A DNA stretch of 64,000 nt from Alphaproteobacteria bacterium (lineage in GTDB: Bacteria; Pseudomonadota; Alphaproteobacteria; MPNO01). Positions 28,965 to 40,078 of this stretch are shown here, one piece after another (position 1 is the first letter of the stretch; each line of letters begins with the position of its first letter). Both the position numbers and the translations under genes were made by a program. The DNA lies in the NCBI GenBank assembly GCA_964291675.2, contig OZ219866.1:3008001-3072000 (forward strand), given 5' to 3'. The notes beneath the pieces were generated by a model that was not told the origin of the DNA, did no database searches, and was given only the letters and a program-made list of their open reading frames with translations.

Positions 28965-29918
28965 ATGAACGCGCTGCGCACAGCCATGCTGATGGCCGCC
29001 ATGGCCGGCGTGCTCGGGGTGTGCGGCTTCCTCGTCGGCGGCGAGGCCATGATGCTGTTCGCGCTCCTGATCGCGGGCGCCGGCAATCTGTTCGCCTTCT
29101 GGAACGCCGACAAGATCGTGCTCAGGATGCACAACGCGCGCGAGGTCGACCGGCGCGGCTCGCCCGAGCTTTTCGGCACGGTCGAGGAGCTGGCGCGGCG
29201 CGCCGGGCTGCCGATGCCGAAGGTCTATGTCATCGACACCGCGCAGCCCAACGCCTTCGCCACCGGGCGCAACCCCGACAACGCCGCCGTCGCCGCGACG
29301 ACGGGCCTGTTGCGCATGCTGAGCCGCGACGAGCTCGCCGGGGTGATGGCGCACGAGCTCGCCCATGTGAGGAACCGCGACACGCTCACCATGACGATCA
29401 CCGCGACCATCGCGGGCGCCGTCTCGGCGCTCGCCGGCATCGCCATGTTCTCCGGCATGTTCGGCGGCAGCCGCAACAGCCCGCTCGGCGGCATCGGCGT
29501 GCTGCTGGTGATGATCCTCGGCCCGGTCGCGGCGGCGCTGGTGCAGATGGCGATCTCCCGCACCCGCGAGTATTCCGCCGACCGGGCCGGGGGCGAGATC
29601 TGCGGCAACCCGCTATGGCTCGCCTCGGCGCTGGAAAAGCTGCAAGCCGGCGCCGCGCGCACCGACTACGAGGCGGCGGAACGCAACCCGGCGACGGCGC
29701 ACATGTTCATCGTCAACCCGCTGCACGCCAACAGGATGGACGGGCTGTTCACCACCCACCCGCGGACCGCGAACCGGGTGGCGGCGCTGGTCGAGCAGGC
29801 CGGGGCGATGGGCATCGGCGGCGGCCGGGCGGCGCCGCGACCGGCCGCCGGATCGCCGAGGCGCAAGGCAAGCGGGTCGCGCATCCCGGTCACCCGCAAA
29901 CCCGGCCCCTGGCAATAG
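28965..29918 (+). CDS. htpX: Zinc metalloprotease HtpX
   Basis: [22 protein letters not shown] and FTTHP. Confidence 0.92.
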   Translation: MNALRTAMLMAAMAGVLGVCGFLVGGEAMMLFALLIAGAGNLFAFWNADKIVLRMHNAREVDRRGSPELFGTVEELARRAGLPMPKVYVIDTAQPNAFATGRNPDNAAVAATTGLLRMLSRDELAGVMAHELAHVRNRDTLTMTITATIAGAVSALAGIAMFSGMFGGSRNSPLGGIGVLLVMILGPVAAALVQMAISRTREYSADRAGGEICGNPLWLASALEKLQAGAARTDYEAAERNPATAHMFIVNPLHANRMDGLFTTHPRTANRVAALVEQAGAMGIGGGRAAPRPAAGSPRRKASGSRIPVTRKPGPWQ

Positions 29919-29959
29919 GGCGAATAGGATTTCGACGCCGCCGCCGCGGTGCGGCGTCC

Positions 29960-30480
29960 CCCGATACGCCCCCTGCGCCCCCACCACGTCATGGCCGGCC
30001 CCCGGAACGAGTCCGGGGGTGATCCGGCCACCCATGCAGCCGTTCCGCGCGCATGTCGGCCGGCGGGAGGAGCGGCGGCGCCAGTGGGTGCCCGCCCCTC
30101 CCGTCATGGCCGGACTTGTTCCGGCCATCCACTCCTCCCACCGCGCCCGGCCCATGGATGGCCGGAACACCCCTGGACTCGTTCCGGGGGCCCGGCATGA
30201 CGGGAGGGGGTGCTGGCGCTTCCCCCGCCCACCCCGTCATGGCCGGACTTGATCCGGCCACCCATGCGCGGACTTGATCCGCGCAACCTCTGGCGCCACC
30301 GGTACAACGCCCCGTCGGGAGGGGCGGCGGCGGCAGTGGGTGCCCGGATCACAGTCCGGGGCTCGATCCGGCCACCCATGCGGCACCTCCGCGCGTATGG
30401 CGGCCGGCCGGGACGGGCGGCGGCGCCCATGGGTGCCCGGATCGTCCCCGGACTCGTTCCGGGGGCCGGGCATGACGGGT
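29960..30480. repeat. Large cluster of REP-like palindromes
   Basis: Many GTCATGGCCGGACTTG(A/T)TCCGGC and CCCCGGAACGAGTCCGGGG units between convergent genes. Confidence 0.75.
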
Positions 30481-30502
30481 TGAGGAAAGGGACGCGCCGC
30501 TT

Positions 30503-31171
30503 CTATTCGGCGGCGTCGCGGTCGCCTTCCGGCCGGTTCGCCGCGCTGCGCTGGATGAACTCGTCGACATTCATGACATGCGCCGTTGACACGCCGAGGA
30601 TGCCGAGCGACACCCGGTGCACCTCCGCGGCGGGGATCGCGCCGAAGCCGATATCGGGATAATCGAACGTGCCCGTGGCGTCGGAGATGAACGCGACCTT
30701 GTAGCCGTTGAACATCGCGTCCCGGGCGGTGGCGTGGCAGCAGTTCTCGGTGGTCACGCCGGTCACCGCGACGGTCTCGATCTTCTCCGTGCGCAGGATC
30801 ATGTCGAGATCGGTGCCCATGAACCCGCTATAGCGGTGCTTCTTGATCACCGGCTCGTTCTCCGCCGGGGCGATCTCGTCGTAGATCTCGATGCCGGGCT
30901 CGCCGTCGACCAGCCCGGCGCGGCTCGCGATGGGCGGCCAGATCTCGCCGTAGAGCCCCATATCCGAGCCGTCGCGCCGGTGTACGTGGGTGGTGTAGAT
31001 CACCCGCATGCCGGTCTTGCGGGCGTGCTCCAGGAGGCGCTTGAGACCGGGCAGGATGTCGCGCCCCATCGGGGTCTCCAGCGCCCCGTCCGGCGCGACG
31101 AAGTCGTTCTGCATGTCCACCACGATGACGGCGGTGCGCTTGGGGTCGATATAGTCGAGAACCAGAGGCAT
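30503..31171 (-). CDS. Isochorismatase-family cysteine hydrolase
   Basis: VVDMQNDF, KHRYSGF and TENCCHATARDA. Confidence 0.88.
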   Translation of the reverse strand: MPLVLDYIDPKRTAVIVVDMQNDFVAPDGALETPMGRDILPGLKRLLEHARKTGMRVIYTTHVHRRDGSDMGLYGEIWPPIASRAGLVDGEPGIEIYDEIAPAENEPVIKKHRYSGFMGTDLDMILRTEKIETVAVTGVTTENCCHATARDAMFNGYKVAFISDATGTFDYPDIGFGAIPAAEVHRVSLGILGVSTAHVMNVDEFIQRSAANRPEGDRDAAE

Positions 31172-31345
31172 CGGTGTGTCCTCCCTTCGGGTCCGGCCGG
31201 GCCGGATCGCGGGTCGCCCGGCCGGATGTCGCCCGGGTCGCCCGCGCTTCGAAATGAATTCTGACTCCACGATCCGCAGGAAATCAACGAATTGGACGAT
31301 CCACGCGTGCCGGCCCGCCCGCTCGCCGATCCCGCGCCGCGCGGA

Positions 31346-32383
31346 TCAGCCCCCCAGCGCGATCCGGTGGCTGTCGAGCAGGCCGGGCGCGCGGGACGGG
31401 TCGCCGCGGCCCCAGCCGCATTCGGTGGCGATGCCGAAATCGCCCACCGCGCGCGAAGCCGCCGCGATGCGGCGCCGGTCGCCGTCGCGGTCGTCGTGGT
31501 GGATCAGCCCGAGATAGAGCTCGCACGCCTCGGGCAGGCGAAGCCCGGCGAGCGGCGCGTAATAGGCCGCGTCGTCCCGGTGCTTCGGCGCCGGGACGTG
31601 GAGGAACTGCAATGACCGCCCGAGCCGGCCGAGCACGCCGTGGGCGATCTCGACCGCGTTGGCGAGATCTTCGGGCATCACCACGTGCTCGTCGTTGGGC
31701 GTGCCGTAGCACAGGTGGTAGCCGAGCTCGGCCGGCTCCGGCACCGCGTCGCCGAGCCTCGCCAGCATGCCGCAGATGTCCGCCTTGTAGGTCTCCGGCC
31801 GGTTGGGGAAATAGTTTTCCCAGGCCAGCACCTCCTGGCACACGTCCCACTGAATCGCGAGGTCGCCGTGCGGGATGGCGGCGCAGATCTTCGCGAGGTC
31901 GGACTTGAAGGCGCGTTCGTAGGCGGCGAAGAAATCGGGCCGGGAGCCGGGCGCGACGAACCAGTAGCCGACCGCCATCGGCGTCGGCAGGCAGACCTGG
32001 AAGCGGATATCCGCCGGCAGCGTGCCCGCCGCGCGCAGCGCGCGGAACCGCTCATGGGACGCGATCGCCTCCGGCGCGTAGCCGGGATCGAATTCGACCG
32101 CCGCCGGGTCGACGCCCGGGCGGAAGCGGAACAGCTCCCACTCGCGGATCAGCTTGCCGTCCCACTGGTGGATGCGCGCCTTGTCCTCGTCGGCCGCGAC
32201 CTCCATCGCCGGATGGTTGGCCAGCTTGGCGCGCTGCCAGAAGATCCAGCGCGCCCGCTCGCCGGTCTCGCCGTCCGGGATGCGCTTCAGATGCCCGCCG
32301 AGGCGCGCGGCGGTCTCGGCGAAGGCCGTGTCGGCGTCCGGGTAGGGCAGGCTGCCGACCAGATGGGCGCGGGTGAGCGGCAT
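31346..32383 (-). CDS. Cobalamin-independent methionine synthase-like protein
   Basis: HLVGSLP, PDGETGER, HLCYG and ATECGWGR. Confidence 0.7.
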   Translation of the reverse strand: MPLTRAHLVGSLPYPDADTAFAETAARLGGHLKRIPDGETGERARWIFWQRAKLANHPAMEVAADEDKARIHQWDGKLIREWELFRFRPGVDPAAVEFDPGYAPEAIASHERFRALRAAGTLPADIRFQVCLPTPMAVGYWFVAPGSRPDFFAAYERAFKSDLAKICAAIPHGDLAIQWDVCQEVLAWENYFPNRPETYKADICGMLARLGDAVPEPAELGYHLCYGTPNDEHVVMPEDLANAVEIAHGVLGRLGRSLQFLHVPAPKHRDDAAYYAPLAGLRLPEACELYLGLIHHDDRDGDRRRIAAASRAVGDFGIATECGWGRGDPSRAPGLLDSHRIALGG

Positions 32384-32466
32384 GGCGGCAGTCCTTCGGT
32401 GGCGGTGGAACCGGGCGGAATGGAAGCAACGCGGGCGGGCCGTGGCAAGGGGCGGAACTTCATCGC

Positions 32467-32877
32467 TCAGCTCCAGACCTCCAGGCGCAACCCTCGAAAG
32501 CCCTCGAAATGCCGCTCATTTGTCGTGACCAGGAACAGGCCGTTGACATACGCGATGGCCGCGATCTGCCCGTCGACAATTGGCGGGGTCCTGCCCAGGG
32601 CGCTCAACCGCGCCCGCTCCCGCGCGTGCCAGTCCGCCGCGTCCCGGTCGTATTCCAGGACCGGGAAGCTGGGCAGAACGACGGTGTCCATATAGTGCTC
32701 GATCCTTTCACGACGCCGCGACGGAGGAAGGCGGGCGCAGCCGAAGCGCAATTCGTGCCAGACGGGGGCTCCGATCGCCGCTTCGTCCTCGATCTGGCGT
32801 AGACGGCGGACCACGCCCAGACTCGGCTTCGGCCGCAGAGGTTCCGATACGACGTTCGTGTCCATTAAGTACGTCAA
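32467..32877 (-). CDS. vapC: VapC PIN-domain toxin (N-terminal codons supplied by the island)
   Basis: YLMDTNVVSE, WHELRFG, DGQIAAIA and LVTTNERHF; no adjacent antitoxin. Confidence 0.88.
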   Translation of the reverse strand: MTYLMDTNVVSEPLRPKPSLGVVRRLRQIEDEAAIGAPVWHELRFGCARLPPSRRRERIEHYMDTVVLPSFPVLEYDRDAADWHARERARLSALGRTPPIVDGQIAAIAYVNGLFLVTTNERHFEGFRGLRLEVWS

Positions 32878-33124
32878 ATTCTGACCCCGATTCGGCCCCG
32901 TTTCACCCGTCGTCGCATGCCGCTCCCAGGGGGCGATGGCATGCGATAAGTGATTGTCTTGACGGGACTATTCCCCATTGCTACATTGCCCTCCAACTTG
33001 CCAAGCTGGCGATGAGGCCGTCAGACCACACGTCCACTGTTGCCGTCACCATGCTTTCTGTACGCTTACGGCTCTGCTACCGGAAGTCGCCGCGCAGAAG
33101 ACGCCCCGAAGGAGCCCCCGCACC

Positions 33125-33907
33125 ATGGCGGAACGCCAGTACCGCACCCTCACCAAGCGCACCGTGGACCGTCTCTCGGTCAACGGCAAGGACGCCGTCT
33201 TCTGGGACAACGAACTTCCCGGCTTCGGCGTTCGAGTGTACCCCTCCGGCAAGAAGGTCTTCGTCGTCCAGACGCGCGCCTTCGGCCGCTCCAGGCGCGT
33301 CAGCCTCGGCACCCATGGCGACACCGACTTCTCCGTCGACCACGCCCGCAGGAAGGCCACCGACGTCATCGCGCGCATCAAGGCCGGAGAGCCGCCCGTT
33401 GCTCCCGAGCCAGCGTCCGACCCGACCGTCGCCGATCTCGCCGAGCGTTACCAGCGCGAGTATGTCGCGATGCACTGCAAGCCGGCCACCATCTCGCATT
33501 ACCGCCTCATGCTCCGCAAGCATATCGTGCCGGCCCTCGGCAAGCGCCGCGTCGCGGACGTCGAGTACAAGGACATCCTCGCCTTCCACAACAGCCTGCA
33601 CCAGATGCCGACCGTCGCCAACCGGGCGGCCGACATCCTGGTCAAGATGTTCAACCTGGCAGACGGGTGGGGCTGGCGTCCCTCGGGCAGCAACCCGTGC
33701 CGGAGCGTGCCACGCTTCCGGGTCGAGAAGCACGAGCGGTTCCTCACCCGCGAGGAGCTGTTCCGGCTCGGCGAGGCGCTGCGGGCGGCCCCGGAAAGGC
33801 GCCTCGCCTCGGCCCACGCGGCGGCGGCCAAGGTCGCCGCCGTGCGGATATCCGACAGCCTCGAAGCCGACATGGACACGCCGCCGGACGGTTCCGCCAA
33901 CCTGTGA
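33125..33907 (+). pseudogene. Tyrosine integrase with in-frame deletion of the catalytic domain
   Basis: Arm-binding region (WDNELPGFGVRVYPSGKKVF) and core-binding region, then HAAAA joined directly to the C-terminal tail KVAAVRISDSLE; no R/HxxR/H/Y residues. Confidence 0.8.
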
Positions 33908-34048
33908 TCTACGACTGCACACCGCTCTTGTTTATCGCTCGCTCTGATTGACAGTACTTGTCCCGATCCTGCCGCGGCTGTCGAGATTCCGCCGAATTCT
34001 CGTCAGGGATGATAGGGTCAAGATGCAGTTCAACTCCGAAGTCATCCA

Positions 34049-34696
34049 ATGATCCTTGAGTTTCAGCAATGCGTTGTGACCGTGTATGGCTGTTTGGCTC
34101 CCGGCCGGTACACGCCCATCCTCGGTACAGGGTTCAGGCTCGGACGTCCCGACGTTGTCGTAACGGCCAAGCATGTTGTAGATGGAGGCTACAGCCGGTA
34201 TGCCGTGGCTGCCAAGAAGGCCAATGAAGTTCAAATCCAACTCGCGAAACGTGTAGAGTTCCCGGACGCTCCGGCCGATCTCGCTGTGCTCCTATTGGAC
34301 GGCGTATCCGATTCCTGGCAATGCTTCCGGCTTCTTGAGCTCGGAGACGGAAAGGACGCTCTGGGAGAACCCGTAGCATCGTTCGGGTATCCGGTTCACG
34401 ACAGTGATGCCTTCACGGCCCGATACATGGTCGGGCACATCCAACGTCAGTACCAGCACCAAGACGACGAACGCGAGGAGTCCTACTTCGCCTACGAACT
34501 CGGCTTTCCAGCGTTTCCCGGTCAAAGTGGGTCGCCCGTAGTTCTCCACGGGAACACCGCCGCCGTGCACCTCAACGCCCTCGCTGTCGTCACCAACAGC
34601 GTCGGTTACTTTGACCATCCATCTGCGGCCTCGTGGGCAATCGGACTGTCGCTCGCACCTTTCAGAGACTGGTTATCGTCGTTCGTTCCCTCGTAA
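34049..34696 (+). CDS. Trypsin-like serine protease
   Basis: TAKHV, DLAVL and PGQSGSPV catalytic triad motifs. Confidence 0.8.
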   Translation: MILEFQQCVVTVYGCLAPGRYTPILGTGFRLGRPDVVVTAKHVVDGGYSRYAVAAKKANEVQIQLAKRVEFPDAPADLAVLLLDGVSDSWQCFRLLELGDGKDALGEPVASFGYPVHDSDAFTARYMVGHIQRQYQHQDDEREESYFAYELGFPAFPGQSGSPVVLHGNTAAVHLNALAVVTNSVGYFDHPSAASWAIGLSLAPFRDWLSSFVPS

Positions 34697-34780
34697 CAGC
34701 CGAATACCGTTTGGCAATTGGCGCGAGGGCGAGGACCGGCGGCACGCAACCATCCGCCCAAGACCGCAGAGTACTTGGGA

Positions 34781-35070
34781 CAAACCTTCGCCTCGCGATT
34801 GCTCGCCCTCGGGGAGAGTCTCCCGATGATCGGGAAGCTGCTCGGTCACACGAAGGTGCAGACGACCGCGCGCTATGCACACCTTGGCCAGCACTCGGTC
34901 AAGGTCGCCGCCGCGAGAATCGCGGACAGCCTCGAAGCCGACACAGACACCCCGCCTGAAGTTTCCGCCGCCCCGTGATCTACGTCACACCTTCGCCTCC
35001 ACGGCTCTCGCGCTTGGTGAAAGCCTACCGATAATCGGAAAGCTCCTCAGTCACCGCGGTGTGGAGCCCG
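34781..35070 (+). pseudogene. Two tandem integrase C-terminal fragments
   Basis: TFASRLLALGESLPMIGKLLGHTKVQTTARYAH...IADSLEADTD, then DLRHTFASTALALGESLPIIGKLLSHR. Confidence 0.8.
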
Positions 35071-35324
35071 CTACGCGCACCTCCCGCGACTTGGTCGCCC
35101 CGACCTCCAGCGCACTCGGTGACCGGCCCCCCATCCATTCGGACGCGTCGTGAGCGCCACTAGGCGCGCCATTGACCGGTGCCCTTCGACATCATGGGCG
35201 CAAGGAGGCTGAGCAGAGCCACGAATGCCCTCGACGGAGGCCGCTCCCGGAACGTAGAGCGGACCCGACGCGCGCTGAACTTCGCCTACTCGTCGGAGAA
35301 CTGGGAGCTTCACCCTTACCAGAC

Positions 35325-35828
35325 TTAGTCGTGTCCGATGCCTTCAAGTTCTAGTGCCCGGACCAAAGCAGTGCTGGCGTTGCTTAAGTTTTCGCGCTGA
35401 CCCCGAATGGCATAAGCCCACTTCAGGCCGTGGAACAGGTTGTTGCGGAGGCGATAGACGACAATGAGTAGGCCGGCCGCATCTTCCCACGCGTGCAGAC
35501 ATTCCTGCTTCAGAAACCTCCGGACGAGTTCTTCGTAATCAGGTCGCCGGAAGTTGAGATGATCGAAGTGGTAGCTGAACTGTCCGCCCGGGCAGTAGCG
35601 GTTACGAAAATACGTCTGTTCGATCTGAAAACTATCCTGCGCCAGAACACCCCGCTCGGACCAGCGTGTCGTGACCTCTACGATAGCTCGCGCGCTCCCG
35701 CGCCGGTCGAGAACCCTCGCCTCGAACAGGCTCCAGAGAAGCACGAAATCTCCAATTGCGTCGCGATCATCCCGGCAGAGCTCCGCAAAGCCAGGTTCGT
35801 TGCGTCCAAGCCATTCCAGCGGGTTCAT
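35325..35828 (-). CDS. HEPN-like protein
   Basis: RNNLFH R-X4-H motif in a helical protein. Confidence 0.6.
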   Translation of the reverse strand: MNPLEWLGRNEPGFAELCRDDRDAIGDFVLLWSLFEARVLDRRGSARAIVEVTTRWSERGVLAQDSFQIEQTYFRNRYCPGGQFSYHFDHLNFRRPDYEELVRRFLKQECLHAWEDAAGLLIVVYRLRNNLFHGLKWAYAIRGQRENLSNASTALVRALELEGIGHD

Positions 35829-35904
35829 GAGTCAGTTATGCCTCGCCGTGACGGGTCGCTGCCGCAATAGGCAGGTGGCAGAACCTCGAATGTGTAGAAT
35901 TCCT

Positions 35905-36702
35905 TCAATCGTCCGCATCGCATCGTCGTGCAAGGAAGGTGCATACGCCGCATGCGAGCGTCACAACGAGCTCGGCCTCGTCTGTGGATACCGGCTGGCC
36001 TTCGCGAATATGACGTCCGCGTTCTGAAGCGTAGCCCCAAAGCTTTTCGACAGCCGTGTCGAGAGGTGGAGTCAAATCCAGCTTCCGGACGAGGCGGCCA
36101 AGCGTGACGTTGCGCTCGCCTGTCACCTCGCGAGCGATGCATTCAAGGGCGGACATTGCATGCTGGATGGCGCCGGTCACGTCCGGTTCTGGCCTGCGCG
36201 AGATATCGTGCAATGCCTCCTGGATTTCCTTGGCGGCGGCGGTGTACCCGGTGTCAGCCAGCGTCTCGTCGGCCTGTCGGGTTGTTTCGGTAAAGGTGGC
36301 GGAGCCTCGATAAACGATATCCCCATCCGTCATCTGCCACCCAATACCCATTTCCAGAAAGACGTCATTAAGCTGTGCCTCGAACGCCTCTGCCTGGTCG
36401 GAAGAACGTTGTGCAAGGGCTACGTGCAGCGCTTCGGATATATCGTACACTCTGAACCAGGGGCATTCCGAAATGAGATCGTTCACCTCGTCGGCGACAT
36501 TTGGATACTCACTCCAGTTCGAGGGGTCTGGCCGCACACGCAGCGTGCGGCAGACGACACGCCGCATGGAAGCCGGCCTCATACCAAGGTCTTCAGCAAT
36601 CTGAGGAATGGCATCTCGCAGGCCTTCGGGCGCATCCTCGCGAACGTAGATCTCTCGTTCCGGGGCGCGATAGCCGTATCGGGCGGAAAAACGGGAACCC
36701 AT
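35905..36702 (-). CDS. AbiJ-like abortive-infection protein
   Basis: FSARYGY N-terminus, WFRVYDISE, A+SALE and LWGYASERGRH C-terminal motifs. Confidence 0.7.
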   Translation of the reverse strand: MGSRFSARYGYRAPEREIYVREDAPEGLRDAIPQIAEDLGMRPASMRRVVCRTLRVRPDPSNWSEYPNVADEVNDLISECPWFRVYDISEALHVALAQRSSDQAEAFEAQLNDVFLEMGIGWQMTDGDIVYRGSATFTETTRQADETLADTGYTAAAKEIQEALHDISRRPEPDVTGAIQHAMSALECIAREVTGERNVTLGRLVRKLDLTPPLDTAVEKLWGYASERGRHIREGQPVSTDEAELVVTLACGVCTFLARRCDADD

Positions 36703-36913
36703 TGTGCTCCTCCTAATCAATGTTTCGAGCCGGTTCCCTCGCCGCCTAGGGTACTATGCGTCCGTCACCACCCCCCTCGATCAACAACCGGAGAGAGGGA
36801 AGATCTTCACCGCTGCCCACGGCGCGCATCACTTGAGCCCTGGAGGCCAGCCTTCTGCTCGCTGTGAAGGCGCGCCCCTTCGCGAAGACCGATCCACTCC
36901 CAACGCCCAACTC

Positions 36914-39040
36914 TTAACAGCCATCTTCGACATCCTCGCTTGAAGCATCGTTGGGGTCGGTAGGCACGTTCTGCCAATCCCGAACTAATGGCTCCCAACC
37001 AGCACCTTCGACTTTACCTTTTCGCTCCTCGTTCAACCCCAACCAAACACCCCAAAAATCTGGGTCAGCAGAACGCGGCTGCTGATGTTCTGGCAAATCA
37101 TTCATCCTAACCATTACGGGCAGTTCCGATGCCCAACCAAGGAGAATCGCGGCCTGCGAGGGCAAAGATGGGAGTTCACGAAGCAATCCCCGTAGGCTAT
37201 CCGGTACCAAGCGGTGCACCAACTCTTGATCGCGGTCGTTGCTAATACGATGAAGAAGAAACGTATTACACTGTGACAGTACAGTTGGGGACAGTTCCGA
37301 TGGACGCTGAGACGAAAGCACAAGTCCCAGACCGAACTTCCTTCCTTCCCTAGCGATTCGTTCAAAAACCTGACAACAAATGGAAGATGCGTCTTGATTT
37401 TCAATATCTTCTCTGTACCGTTTAACAAACGTATGAGCCTCCTCCATTATCAAAACAGTGGGAAGTGTAGTTCCAAATACTCTTACATAACGCTGCAGTG
37501 CCTCAAAAATAATTCGCGCGATGACCGCCGTAACAACATGAATTACTTCGGTCGGTACTAGTGAAAGATCAATTATCGACACAGATGCCTGTTCACTACC
37601 TTCAGTACCCAAGTACTGATCCAGCCACGAATCCAAGGATACACCCTCAGAGTCGTCAATTACCGCTTTCATTTTCGGATCTGACAAGAGTGTTCTGATT
37701 CTTGCAACAAGGAAGTCCACAAACTGGGTGACATTCTCTTGCTGTGCAAGTATCTCAAGATGATCGGCCAGATCCGTTCCACGAAACGCCACTGGAACAT
37801 CTTCATCCGGTCCCTCTGGGTACGCAATTCCCCCTACTTGATTCAGGCAATCGTTCAAGGTTTCAATTATGGTTTCGACTTGATTCTCACTAAATGCTAC
37901 AAAATACTCAACTTTTTCTCCATCCTTTTCAAATCTCTTTATATTCGTTTTGCCGGCGTCAACTATCGCATCCAGCAATGACTCTAGGCCGTAGCCTGGA
38001 AACTGCTCCATTCTCGTCCGCAAGTCCGCAGCCATAGCTTTGAGTTGAAATCCAAACCTAGTACATTCGCTCGAAATTGCACCAGAGCGGAAGTCACGCC
38101 GGATAGTTATCAGCCTTGAAGAAAGGTATCTGCGCAACTCTAGATCTCTTTCCTCTTCTGTCTGTTCGCTGACACCCAGCCTTCCAGCCTTTACCTCACG
38201 CAATGCGCGCCGCAAAAGAGGCCTTTGTGTTCTTGCACTGGCTTGAGTAAATGAACTCCACTCGGCGCTATTCCAAAACCACAATGGCACCTTCAGGGGC
38301 AATTCACCATTACTCGCATCAACCCGAAATACTTTCGCACGGATTAGGGGATCCCGACGAAAGGCACGCGCATACTCACCGTTGGGGTCGAGAATGACGA
38401 ACCGAGCGTTCATCCCGCGGTCACACCGCGAATTTGTTGCTTGTTCTAAGCACCAACGCACGACGCCAGCGACCGAACACGACTTTCCACTTCCAGTATT
38501 CCCGAGAACAGCGAAGTGACGTCCGAACAGCCTATTCGGGTCTACCGCTACTTCAGCATCACCAGCCAACGGACTCGTACCGATTTTTACCCTGCGAAAT
38601 GCTCCAGACTCTACAATAGACCGGAGTTGCTTCTCGGTAGGCAGGATGACGGGCGAGCCAACCGACGGCAACGCGTCCGCACCACGCCGAAATTGATATT
38701 CTGCGTCTCCCTTGCACGCCCTCAACGTACCAAGTGGATTAAGTCGAAGTCGTCGAAGTGGATATGGCAAGTCCACCAAGCCAAAATCCTGCATTCCTCG
38801 CCGCTTAGGAAACGGAGAACGTTCGACCGCTAGCCATTCCACTTGGCCGACCAAAAAAGCCTCATCTACAGACACAAGAAGATAGCTGTTTACTCTAGGA
38901 AATGACCTAGGTGTCCCGGAGTTCAGTGCCACTGAATCCGGAGCTTCCACATCAAGCGCAACCTTGATTTCGTCAGGCGAGACAAAGTCTACTGTTCCAA
39001 CGCGGAAACTGCCAGCGTACTCAAAGGGAGGCTGCGTCAC
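36914..39040 (-). CDS. herA: HerA-family ATPase of a SIR2-HerA system
   Basis: RHFAVLGNTGSGKS, LDPNGEY, MEEAH and IAREGRKFG..SQRPSELS. Confidence 0.9.
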   Translation of the reverse strand: MTQPPFEYAGSFRVGTVDFVSPDEIKVALDVEAPDSVALNSGTPRSFPRVNSYLLVSVDEAFLVGQVEWLAVERSPFPKRRGMQDFGLVDLPYPLRRLRLNPLGTLRACKGDAEYQFRRGADALPSVGSPVILPTEKQLRSIVESGAFRRVKIGTSPLAGDAEVAVDPNRLFGRHFAVLGNTGSGKSCSVAGVVRWCLEQATNSRCDRGMNARFVILDPNGEYARAFRRDPLIRAKVFRVDASNGELPLKVPLWFWNSAEWSSFTQASARTQRPLLRRALREVKAGRLGVSEQTEEERDLELRRYLSSRLITIRRDFRSGAISSECTRFGFQLKAMAADLRTRMEQFPGYGLESLLDAIVDAGKTNIKRFEKDGEKVEYFVAFSENQVETIIETLNDCLNQVGGIAYPEGPDEDVPVAFRGTDLADHLEILAQQENVTQFVDFLVARIRTLLSDPKMKAVIDDSEGVSLDSWLDQYLGTEGSEQASVSIIDLSLVPTEVIHVVTAVIARIIFEALQRYVRVFGTTLPTVLIMEEAHTFVKRYREDIENQDASSICCQVFERIAREGRKFGLGLVLSSQRPSELSPTVLSQCNTFLLHRISNDRDQELVHRLVPDSLRGLLRELPSLPSQAAILLGWASELPVMVRMNDLPEHQQPRSADPDFWGVWLGLNEERKGKVEGAGWEPLVRDWQNVPTDPNDASSEDVEDGC

Positions 39041-40078
39041 GTTGTGCCCCCATCATCGTCGACGGCGGAGACGTTGCCCTGTTGACGTTCGGAGCTGTCA
39101 GCAGTGCCCCACCGCCCTCTCAGCAGCTCCGCCATTCGGAACGTGGTGCGATCAATTGCAGGTTTTGGAAGGAAGTGGTCTACCAAACTCTCTAGGTCAC
39201 CTAGATGGTCCCCTAGAAGAAGAGAAATTTGAGCATGCCTCCCCAATCTCTCGTAAGTCCGCATTATCCTTCCTAGAGGATCACTGAAAGCAATGATTAC
39301 CAGATGTGTCGAGGGTATTGTCAACATATCCTCAATCACCCGATTTATATGCTCATCTCCAAAACTATAGCCGTAGCAGAAAACCGTGCTGTTCGGGCGG
39401 CAAATGGATGCTGCAAAGTCACGGAACAACTCTACGTAGGGATATGCTGCTGTTTCTCGGTCCTTTGCAGCATTGGGATAGATCATGAACTGGCGCGCAT
39501 CCACTCCATATCTTGTGTACATAGACAAAAAGGGAGCCGTACTCTTAGCACCGAATGGCAATCCAATTCGGCGAATTGCGTCACCGAAATCCAGCCAGTC
39601 CACCGATCCATGTAGTTTAGTGAATCTGGCTACACCCTCCAGGTATCGGGGCTCGCCTCTGATGCCAGGTGGGTTGTAGTGTAAATCTACATCCAGGCGC
39701 GATGCGCGAAATACGGGTGCAAGCGTTCCCACAAATCGGTCAATCAGTCTAAGTCCGGCAACATCCGCTCCTGCCTCAAGGTATCGATCATAGTTTGTCG
39801 TGAATATATTCAATCTTTCCCGTGTCCCCGAGCGACTGGCAAAACTCATCAAGAAGCTCACAAGATAATTGAATGCAAGATCACGTTTCTCCAATGCACA
39901 TCCAATTAAGTTATTCTCTCCCTCTAATATGGAGGCAGTAAAGGTCTGAAGCAAATTAGACAAATCCTTGTTCAAATTGGCTAGGGTCTCTTGTTCCGAA
40001 GATTCTTCTGTACCGCTTGACGAAAGTATCTCCAAGCCACGGATAAGTTCATTTGCCACGCGGATTTGATCTTCTATG

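Noticed and set aside
33873-33880. Inverted copy of the att core (TGGACACG) in the integrase tail as an inversion site
   Set aside because: Only 8 bp with no flanking arm similarity, and not conserved in the second tail copy; probably chance.
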